DNA of 64,000 nt from contig CAZGRL010000009.1 in assembly GCA_964528155.1 (NCBI GenBank), forward strand, positions 12,035 to 76,034. The letters run 5' to 3'. Of this stretch, positions 19,701-26,453 are shown piece after piece. Under the pieces are notes generated by a model, which saw nothing but the letters and a program-made list of their open reading frames with translations, did not search any database and was not told the origin of the DNA. A program made the translations under genes and the position numbers. How positions within the stretch are numbered: position 1 is the stretch's first letter; every line of letters begins with the position of its first letter. This stretch comes from an uncultured Anaerolineaceae bacterium (GTDB lineage Bacteria; Chloroflexota; Anaerolineae; Anaerolineales; E44-bin32).

Positions 19701-20039
19701 CACCGCCAGCACGCCGAACACGGCCGCCGGGACGCGAGCAGAAGCGTCATTTGCGCCAAACAGGAAAAATGACAGTGCAATCAGGTGGAATTGGAGCGGG
19801 CCGTGTGAGAGCGGATCGTGCTGATAGCCCTTGCCTTGTTCAAACTGCCAGGAGAAATAGACGTGGGTCGTTTCGTCATGACTCATCGTCCGCGCGCCCA
19901 GGTTATAGAAGCGGGTGAAGACCGCCAGGATGATCAACACGGTGAAGATGAGTGTCTCCGTGTCGACCTTGATGCTCAAGCCGAGCAGACGGTCGAGGGG
20001 CCCTTCACCATTGTGTGAGGCGCTGGCCGAGCTCCCCAT
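16701..20039 (-). CDS. GT-C type (PMT_2/TIGR03663-like) polytopic membrane glycosyltransferase fused to a C-terminal NHL-repeat beta-propeller
   Basis: The N-terminal about 600 aa contain more than 12 TM segments and MSHDETTHVYFSW (the DE motif in the first loop). The C-terminus has at least 4 NHL repeats (FSHPRGLAVAPDGSLFVADTSNHRIQ, FNEPWDVAVAPDGTVYVADTWNHRIQ, PRAVAIDASGRIFVSDTGNKRIVVF, PVGLAIDTDGRLYVDDTWNQRIQVF). Confidence 0.75.
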   Translation of the reverse strand: MGSSASASHNGEGPLDRLLGLSIKVDTETLIFTVLIILAVFTRFYNLGARTMSHDETTHVYFSWQFEQGKGYQHDPLSHGPLQFHLIALSFFLFGANDASARVPAAVFGVLAVAMVWLFRRWLGRTATWVAATLMLISPFMLYYSRYARNEAFVVVEAMLMVWAAFRYLETRRAKWLYILAASLGLQYATKETAFIYVAQILIFFAGIFAYKALRKPWNQAMHRIWFIAGVIAAAVGGSVATLSFLSQRTTAGEAPDVGPSPLIGLGVVLAAAGLLLIFTALFMNFGRKLRTEFPSLDVLVITLTVTLPQLGALPAQALGWNPLTYDDPAILSRTVSVVVGLSVIAVALGVAWDWRRWTVAAGVFLAIFIPLYTSMFTYPFGFFTGLVASLGYWLVQQGVQRGSQPLYYYVLIQIPFYEFLPAIGSLMAGWVGLKALAIPPSEAKVSPPRDEVEQDEGISPTLVIVYLGYWALLSIAAYSYAGERMPWLTVHIALPLILLAGWAFGRTLDSIHWSQFRSERGALLALFGFLALVGLARAIGYLLGTPPAFQGSELDQLEATTGFLTSAAVGIGACVAVYLLGRQWKIGQLTSLVGIVVLGVLFLVTVRTSFRASYVNYDNAKEFLVYAHGAPGPKLALQEIEELSRRITGDLGVDIGYDNETLYPYWWYLRDYPNAHYFAETPGHDLQNYPLVVAGAGNWAKVEPILRDRYYMLEYTRLWWPMQDYFGLTWDRIWGAISSPGYRAALWDMWFNRDYTAFGDMVGHGFALRDWDPSEKMRLYIRKDVAATIWQYGIAPTALEPVTFEDPYASQMITLEADQIVGQAGTEPGQFSHPRGLAVAPDGSLFVADTSNHRIQHLSSSGEVISVWGSFADLSTGEAPGGTFNEPWDVAVAPDGTVYVADTWNHRIQHFSPDGEFLGMFGHFGQADSPDAFWGPRAVAIDASGRIFVSDTGNKRIVVFDSQGNPLGEIGSGGVGQGELDEPVGLAIDTDGRLYVDDTWNQRIQVFDETSPAHFGAILEWQIDGWFGQSLENKPYISAGPLGQICTTDPESYRVLCFSGEGDFLYGWGEFGQEDTQFSLPVGIAMDNACGTWVTDSATGRLMKFTLPGCQ

Positions 20040-20284
20040 TCATATGCTCCTGTCAGGTGGATTGCGGCTAGCACTTTACCACAAGTGCCAAAATTGCGTG
20101 GGAAGCAGGCCCGCGTGGAAGGCATATACGAGTGGCTCTTGTGATGTCCCTGCAAGCAGACCTTGCTTCGCCACGGAGAACAGGCGGATCGCGGACCCCC
20201 ATCGTGGCCAGGGAACGCCGAAGGTCGGCTGAATGATCCCTCAGGGACTGGACGCCGTCGGTCAGATGCCCGTGCGGGCGGCCG

Positions 20285-21013
20285 TCACACAAGCGGCCAC
20301 GGGTATGGGCGCTGCGAGTCCGGCGTGGGGAAGCGGCGCGAGGCCAGCAAGCGATCAACTCGGGAGGACAGAGCATCCATCTCGTCCGGGGAGAGAAGAG
20401 ACCTGTACATGGCACAAAGCTCCTCGTCGCGGCGCAGAAGTGATTGCAGCCGACCCACATCCTGTAGGAGCGCTTTGGGGATCGCCTCGCCGGCGAAATC
20501 CCAGATCACAGTTCGCAATTTGTCTTCCTCGTGGAAGCACAATCCATGATCGATGAGCCAGAGATGCCCGCGCGGGTCGAGCAGCACATGTCCACCCTTA
20601 CGGTCGGCGTTGTTGACGAGGCAATCGAACACAGCCACCGGGCGAAGACGCTGCTTCTGCTCCTCATCGAAAGTGAAATAGTGACGTTCGGGATCAGCAT
20701 CGACGTAGAACTGAAGCGAGCCCGGACCAGCCGGGCCGTCTTTGCGCATGACGGTTGGAGGCACGAGGTCCCACCCCAACGCATGGCTCGTGACGTAGGC
20801 AGCTACCTCGCGGGCCGAAAGCGTGCCCTGGTCAAAATCCCACAGCGGCCGTTCGCCCTGGGAAGGCTTGTACACAGCCGGAACCTGATTGCCTTCGTGG
20901 GTCACGTGGACGAGGAAGGTGTAATTCGACCCCCACATGAACCTTCCGGAGAGAGCTATCTCCCCTGAGGCCAATATCCTGAGAGTCTCATCGTCGGTGA
21001 GATTGGATGTCAT
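20285..21013 (-). CDS. SCO1664-family PI3/PI4-kinase-like protein
   Basis: Kinase catalytic-loop-like NNADRKGGHVLL and the DFG-equivalent LIDHGLCF. The ATG at 21013 avoids an overlap with the upstream gene, whereas the track start at 21139 would overlap it by 64 nt. Confidence 0.7.
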   Translation of the reverse strand: MTSNLTDDETLRILASGEIALSGRFMWGSNYTFLVHVTHEGNQVPAVYKPSQGERPLWDFDQGTLSAREVAAYVTSHALGWDLVPPTVMRKDGPAGPGSLQFYVDADPERHYFTFDEEQKQRLRPVAVFDCLVNNADRKGGHVLLDPRGHLWLIDHGLCFHEEDKLRTVIWDFAGEAIPKALLQDVGRLQSLLRRDEELCAMYRSLLSPDEMDALSSRVDRLLASRRFPTPDSQRPYPWPLV

Positions 21014-21075
21014 CGTGGAAGGGAATCGCCGATGGCCCGTATGGCCGCCTGGCAAAGGCGCGGCCGGGCCAGGTC

Positions 21076-21594
21076 TCAGTGCTTGTGGCCGTTGCTCTTG
21101 GGGCAGAAGTGACCCTCGGGATCCATCGGCTCGCCGCAATTACCGCAGATGGGCCGACCCCTGCTGGCGAGCTCCAGGCCCCACTGGCACATGCTGCGGA
21201 TCTGCTGGCGAGTGCACCAGAAACGGGCGACCGACGCCTCGCCGGCCTCCTGCCCTTCGGGCTGCAACTCGCGCGCCACCAGCACCAGCCGATCCGAGGG
21301 CTCATCATAGGCCAGGCCCAACTGCCCGACCCTGAAAGCCGGGTCGATCGGCTTCTCGAGCTCCATCTCGGTTTCAGAGAATTCCGAGACCGCCTGGGGC
21401 AGGTCCGGGTATTTCTCACTCAAATCCTTCAGGAACTGCTCCAGGCCGACCGCAAGGGCCTGGATCTGCTGCTTCTCAACAAGCAGTGTCAGGAGTCCTT
21501 CGTCGTGGCGGGCCTGCAAGTAGAAAACGCGCTTTCCCGGAGTTCCTACTGCTCCGGTTGTGATTCGCGTTACGGGGTTGAGGTCATACTCCAT
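21076..21594 (-). CDS. DUF3090 family protein with C-terminal zinc-ribbon
   Basis: AVGTPGKRVFYLQA...LVEKQQ core and a C-terminal CGNCGEPMDPEGHFCPKSNGH (CxxC...HxC). An alternative start is at 21630. Confidence 0.7.
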   Translation of the reverse strand: MEYDLNPVTRITTGAVGTPGKRVFYLQARHDEGLLTLLVEKQQIQALAVGLEQFLKDLSEKYPDLPQAVSEFSETEMELEKPIDPAFRVGQLGLAYDEPSDRLVLVARELQPEGQEAGEASVARFWCTRQQIRSMCQWGLELASRGRPICGNCGEPMDPEGHFCPKSNGHKH

Positions 21595-21655
21595 TGAATC
21601 CAGGTCGCCTCCCGTGGGGAGATCTCGCATCCGTGAAGGCGCGGCAAGAAGTATA

Positions 21656-22279
21656 TCACTCCTGTCTTGCGTCTTCGGTGGCGCGTGAGTCGTTGATACT
21701 CAGAATCCGGGCGAAGCCGTCTCCCATGTGCAACAAGCTTATCGAGGCGGGATGGATGGTGAGACGCTGGAAGAGGTCGAGAGAGAGGCCAAGATAGTGA
21801 GCGATGATCAACTTGATGATGTCGGCGTGTGAGAAACAGGCCACTACCGCGCGACGACTCTTGTTTCTCTGCAAGATGTCTTCGAGTTCTGCTACGGCGC
21901 GCGCCTGCGCTTCAGTGAATGACTCGCCCTTCGGGAATCTGGCCATGCTCGGAGTATGCTGAACAGTTCGCCACAATTTGCGTCGGTGCAGCAATCTCAA
22001 CGACTGACCTTGCCAACGGCCCACGTCGACGTCGCTGAGGCCGGCGCGCTCGAGGATCGGCAGTCCTTTCGCCCGAGCCAGGGGCTCGGCAGTTTCGACA
22101 GCCCGCTCGAGAGGGCTGGCATAGATCGCCTTGAATTTCACCGGCTGGAGAATCTTGGCCAGTGACTCGGCCTGTGCCCGACCGCGCGCGTTGAGATGCA
22201 CATCAGGCAACCAGCCCGCCAACCGGCCCTTCTTGACGAAGTCGTTCTCTCCGTGTCGGATAAGAAAGACAGTGGTCAT
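21656..22279 (-). CDS. Histidine phosphatase superfamily protein (MSMEG_4193-type putative phosphomutase)
   Basis: The RHG catalytic motif sits at the N-terminus (VFLIRHGEN). SPLERAVETA and a downstream CFSHADIIK (second catalytic His) are also present. Confidence 0.75.
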   Translation of the reverse strand: MTTVFLIRHGENDFVKKGRLAGWLPDVHLNARGRAQAESLAKILQPVKFKAIYASPLERAVETAEPLARAKGLPILERAGLSDVDVGRWQGQSLRLLHRRKLWRTVQHTPSMARFPKGESFTEAQARAVAELEDILQRNKSRRAVVACFSHADIIKLIIAHYLGLSLDLFQRLTIHPASISLLHMGDGFARILSINDSRATEDARQE

Positions 22280-22339
22280 GCGACTCCTGACACGCGCCGG
22301 CCTGACAGCCTTCGAGAGCGGCCGCGAGGCTGCAAGCGG

Positions 22340-23755
22340 CTAGCCTCGATCCCGACTGTGGCGACGCTTGATCGCCGTAACATCTTCTTCGCCCATCTCA
22401 GGCAACACCTGAGTCTGGTCGATCCCCAGGGCCCGTTCCTGGGCAGCCCTCCAGGCCTCGAGGCGGGCCTTGGCTTCGGCTTCGTAGCCCTCTTCAGAAG
22501 GATTGTAGAAATAAGTTCCCAGCAACGATTGCGGCAAGTACTGTTGGCCGGCATGATGCCCAGGGAGTTCGTGCGGATAGACGTATCCCTTGCCGTGGCC
22601 GAGAGCGGCCGCATCACGGTTGGCATCTTTCAAGTGATCGGGGACCTCGATGATCCCCTCCTCCTCAACCTTCTGATAGGCCTTAAAGTAGGCTGTCGCC
22701 GAGTTGGATTTGGGGGCCGTTGACAGATACAGCGTCGCTTCGACAAGCGGATAGACCCCCTCGGGCATGCCGACGAACTCGAAGGACTGCATCGCCGAGG
22801 CCGCGACCACCAGGCCGAGCGGGTCTGCCAGACCGATGTCTTCCGACGCCAGGATGAGCAGGCGGCGCAGGATGAAGCGAGGCGATTCGCCGGCGTAGAG
22901 CATCTTGGCCAGCCAGTACAGCGCCGCGTCGGGATCCGAGCCTCGCACCGATTTGATAAACGCCGAGATGGTGTCGTAATGCGCGTCGCCGTCCTTGTCG
23001 TAGAGCACGGCCCGACGCTGGATGGACTCCTGTGCGACGTCGAGGCTGACGTGGATCACGTCCCCGTCTTCGGTCGGCGTCGTCTCGACCGCCAGCTCCA
23101 ATGCATTCAGCGCGTTGCGCGCGTCCCCTCCGGCGACCTGGATCAAGTGGGCCAGGGCATTGTCGTCAAGCCGCACTTTGCGGTCGGCGTAGCCGTGCTC
23201 TGGGTCGGCGATCGCGTTCAGGATGATCTGGCGAATGTCGTCATCCCCAAGCGGCCGAAGCTGGAACACCCGCGAGCGAGAAACCAATGCGCCGATGACT
23301 TCGAAGTATGGGTTCTGAGTCGTGGCCCCGATGAGCGTGATCGTCCCGTTTTCGACATGTGGCAGCAACGCGTCTTGCTGAGCTCGATTCCAGCGATGGA
23401 CCTCGTCGACGAATAAGATCGTACGTTTGTGATAGAGACGACGTCGTTCGATCGCCTCATCGATGACTCTACGCAGTTCGGGTTTTCCGGCGAGCACGGC
23501 GGAGATTGTCTCGAAGTGAGACTGTGTCGAGTTGGCGATGATCATTGCCAGGGTTGTCTTGCCAGTTCCCGGCGGGCCCCAAAGGATGATGGATGAGAAC
23601 AGGCGATCGGACTCGATCGCCCGTCGCAGCAGTCGACCCGGGCCGACGATATCCTCCTGGCCGTAGAACTGATCCAACGTGCGCGGGCGCATCCGTGCGG
23701 CCAGTGGTGCTTCTTGGCGAAGGCGTTGACTCAAATCGAAGTCGAAGAGGTCCAT
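22340..23755 (-). CDS. rarA: Replication-associated recombination protein A (AAA+ ATPase)
   Basis: Walker A GPPGTGKTT, Walker B LFVDEVHRWN, and a MgsA C-terminal domain (DAHYDTISAFIKSVRGSDPDAALYWLA). Confidence 0.9.
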   Translation of the reverse strand: MDLFDFDLSQRLRQEAPLAARMRPRTLDQFYGQEDIVGPGRLLRRAIESDRLFSSIILWGPPGTGKTTLAMIIANSTQSHFETISAVLAGKPELRRVIDEAIERRRLYHKRTILFVDEVHRWNRAQQDALLPHVENGTITLIGATTQNPYFEVIGALVSRSRVFQLRPLGDDDIRQIILNAIADPEHGYADRKVRLDDNALAHLIQVAGGDARNALNALELAVETTPTEDGDVIHVSLDVAQESIQRRAVLYDKDGDAHYDTISAFIKSVRGSDPDAALYWLAKMLYAGESPRFILRRLLILASEDIGLADPLGLVVAASAMQSFEFVGMPEGVYPLVEATLYLSTAPKSNSATAYFKAYQKVEEEGIIEVPDHLKDANRDAAALGHGKGYVYPHELPGHHAGQQYLPQSLLGTYFYNPSEEGYEAEAKARLEAWRAAQERALGIDQTQVLPEMGEEDVTAIKRRHSRDRG

Positions 23756-23888
23756 CGAGGCGATTCTACCATTGCGGGATTCGCCCTTCTATTCCATGGT
23801 GGTCTGATCGATCCGCATGTTGGCGTGTCCTCCAATGTCCAGTTCCATACCCGTCTCGCAAGCAGAAGCTCTTGCCCCCACCCCCATT

Positions 23889-24001
23889 CCCCCTCCCCCG
23901 GCTTGTCGCGGTCAGGTCCATTCGGGCTCGCAGCCGGGGGAGGGGGATAAGGAGGTAGCGGGGCAGGGCCCAGCTTTGCTGGGCCCTGCCCCGCTACCTC
24001 C
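23889..24001. repeat. Two adjacent GC-rich perfect inverted repeats, the same family as 2636-2835
   Basis: CCCCCTCCCCCGGC (23889-23902) pairs with GCCGGGGGAGGGGG (23933-23946), a 14-bp stem. A perfect 24-bp stem with a TTT loop spans 23951-24001 (GGAGGTAGCGGGGCAGGGCCCAGC ttt GCTGGGCCCTGCCCCGCTACCTCC). It lies just downstream of the minus-strand EamA gene. Confidence 0.7.
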
Positions 24002-24065
24002 TAGCTTTCCGTTGAGGGAGAGTCCGTAGAGTGGCCGGACGCCGTGCCGGTCTGGTGGCGGTCAT

Positions 24066-24986
24066 CTATGTCATGCGAGCCACGCGCGAGCGGTGGATCA
24101 ATACGATCCCGACCAGCACAGCGGCACCGCCTAGCCATTGCCCGGGGGCCAGGTTCTCCCCCAGCAATGGAATAGCCAGGATCGCCGTGAGAACCGGCTG
24201 TCCAACCATCGTCGGAGAGACAAACGACGCCGGCAGGTGCCCGAGGGCGTAGGAAATCGCCACGTAACCTACCACCTGCGAGACCAGCGCCATTCCCAGA
24301 AATGCCAGCCACGTCTGGGAAGGGTAGTCCGTCAGAGAGAAACCCATGGCCAGGCTGATCCCCAAAAGGGTGATCGTCGAGGCTGCTCCGGCGACCCAAA
24401 CGTATTCGATCGGACCCAGTGACGCCCGCCCCCGCTGGGTGCAAATGTAGTAACCGGCGTAGAAAACGCCCGCTCCCCACGCGAGCGCGTCACCCCAACT
24501 CAGGTTGAGCCCCTCGGCGTAGTCCACACCGAGCACAGCCGCCGCACCGACGAGGGTGATCGCCAGACCCAACCAGAATCTGCCGGTCAGCCGTTCCCTG
24601 AAGATCCACAGCCCGGCCAGGGCGACCCAGATCGGTGCTGTGTTAGAAAAGAGGGTCGCCGTGGCTGCGGTTGTCAGATTGATGGCGGTGTTCCACAAGG
24701 CCAGGTCGAGCGACAAGAACACACCGCCGAACACAGCCCACCGAACGCCTGGCGAGGCGGATAGACCCTGCCGGGCCATGGGGCGCGCCATGATCGGGGT
24801 GATCAGCGCCGTCGCAATGGCCATGCGATACAGTCCGGTTACAGGCCCCGGGGCGGCTGCCCAGCGGACGAAGATTGCCGAGAACCCCAGCCCCAGGACC
24901 CCGACACCCATCGCCAGGTAGGGCAGAGCCGCTTTGCGAGATCGCATCAGGTGATCGACTGTCGCACTGGGCCGGAGTGCAGGCAA
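24066..24986 (-). CDS. EamA/DMT family transporter
   Basis: 10 TM segments arranged as two EamA-like halves. Confidence 0.8.
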   Translation of the reverse strand: MPALRPSATVDHLMRSRKAALPYLAMGVGVLGLGFSAIFVRWAAAPGPVTGLYRMAIATALITPIMARPMARQGLSASPGVRWAVFGGVFLSLDLALWNTAINLTTAATATLFSNTAPIWVALAGLWIFRERLTGRFWLGLAITLVGAAAVLGVDYAEGLNLSWGDALAWGAGVFYAGYYICTQRGRASLGPIEYVWVAGAASTITLLGISLAMGFSLTDYPSQTWLAFLGMALVSQVVGYVAISYALGHLPASFVSPTMVGQPVLTAILAIPLLGENLAPGQWLGGAAVLVGIVLIHRSRVARMT

Positions 24987-25264
24987 GGACTGTGTTCAGC
25001 GAGGGGCATGTCGCCTTCCAAAGGTGACGTGGGGAAGCCGTTCGTGCGTGAGTTCCTGGGTCGTCCCCCGACAAGAATCCCCCGGCTTGTCTGGGCCGCG
25101 TGGTGTCATGCCAAATGACCGACCGATTGTATCATCGGGCCTTCGAACAGACAGACGCTCCGTGGGGGACGACTGCAGAAACGTGCTGCAGGACGACTAT
25201 GTTACAATGCGTCGCCTGTCTGGGTTCGCGGCATGAGAGACAGGCGCCGGAAGGAGATGGGCTG

Positions 25265-25750
25265 ATGAGCGAAGCGTCGGTGCAGGATGACCTTGTCATA
25301 AGCCTGGATTACACCCTGCGAGTGGAGGGTGATGTTTTGGACACCTCTTCCGGCGACGAGCCGATCCAGTTCATTCAGGGACGCGGTCACATCATCCCCG
25401 GCCTCGAGAAGGCGCTGTACGGGATGAAGACCGGCGACGAGAAAGAAGTCGTCCTACAACCCGAGGACGCCTACGGGGAGTACGATCCGGATGCCCGAAT
25501 GACAGTCGATCGAGCCCATGTCTTGGAAGACGGCGAACTTGCCATCGATGAGGAGATCGAGATCGAGGACGAAGGTGGCAATGTGAGCCTGGCGCGCATC
25601 ATCGGCATCGACGGTGACCAGATCATGCTGGACTTCAACCATCCTCTGGCCGGCAGGGTGTTGGCATTCACCGTCACCGTCGTCGATCTGCGCCCCGCGG
25701 CGGAAGATGAGTTAGCCCACGGTCATGTGCACGGCCCGCACGGTCACTGA
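25265..25750 (+). CDS. slyD: FKBP-type peptidyl-prolyl isomerase, SlyD-like, with His-rich tail
   Basis: The FKBP core with an IF-domain insert pattern (VISLDYTLRVEGDVLDTS...IQFIQGRGHIIPGLEKAL...DFNHPLAGRVLAFTVTVVDLR). The C-terminal tail is HGHVHGPHGH. GGAGAT lies 8 nt upstream of the ATG at 25265. Confidence 0.8.
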   Translation: MSEASVQDDLVISLDYTLRVEGDVLDTSSGDEPIQFIQGRGHIIPGLEKALYGMKTGDEKEVVLQPEDAYGEYDPDARMTVDRAHVLEDGELAIDEEIEIEDEGGNVSLARIIGIDGDQIMLDFNHPLAGRVLAFTVTVVDLRPAAEDELAHGHVHGPHGH

Positions 25751-25802
25751 CGAGATCCCTGCTCCCCAGAAAGACACCCGGCTCCCTCCCGAAGATGCCT
25801 CC

Positions 25803-26453
25803 ATGAGTCTGGCCTCGGCATCACCTCGGCGTGCGGAGCTTATGGCGCTGACCGGAATCGCCTTCGAGGCCTCGGCGGCGGACGTCGACGAAGCTCCGCT
25901 GCCGGGCGAATCTCCGGAAGCACTCGTTCGTAGACTGGCACAGGCGAAAGCGGTTCGTGCCGCGGCTGTGACGAGCGGACCGCTGGTGATCGCTGCCGAC
26001 ACGGAGGTGGTGCTCGACGGGCGGATCCTGGGCAAGCCTTCGGATCGGGCGCAGGCGGCGCAAATGCTCACCAGCCTTCGGGGGCGGGAGCATCGGGTGA
26101 TCACGGCCGTCGTCGTCCTCGAACGAAGCACAGGACACTCCCTCAGCGACATTTGCGAAACTCACGTCATGATGCGTCGCTACGAAGAGGTGGAGCTGCG
26201 CGCCTATGTCGAGACTGACGCGCCGCTGGACAAGGCCGGCGGCTATGGAATCCAGGATCAGGATTTCAATCCCGTCGAAGTGCATGCTATGAAGGAATGC
26301 TATGCCAACGTCATGGGCCTGCCGCTCTGTCACCTGACGCGCCTGCTCCGACGCCTGGGGCATGGGCCGACGGTCGACATCCCTCAGGTGTGTCGGCAGC
26401 ACACAGGTTTCGCATGCACTGTTTTCTCCACGATCTTGCAGGAGTCGGCGTGA
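25803..26453 (+). CDS. maf: Maf-like nucleoside triphosphate pyrophosphatase with Cys-containing C-terminal extension
   Basis: LASASPRRAELM, IAADTEVVLDGRILGKP, and DKAGGYGIQD. An extra about 40 aa tail contains 4 Cys. Confidence 0.8.
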   Translation: MSLASASPRRAELMALTGIAFEASAADVDEAPLPGESPEALVRRLAQAKAVRAAAVTSGPLVIAADTEVVLDGRILGKPSDRAQAAQMLTSLRGREHRVITAVVVLERSTGHSLSDICETHVMMRRYEEVELRAYVETDAPLDKAGGYGIQDQDFNPVEVHAMKECYANVMGLPLCHLTRLLRRLGHGPTVDIPQVCRQHTGFACTVFSTILQESA

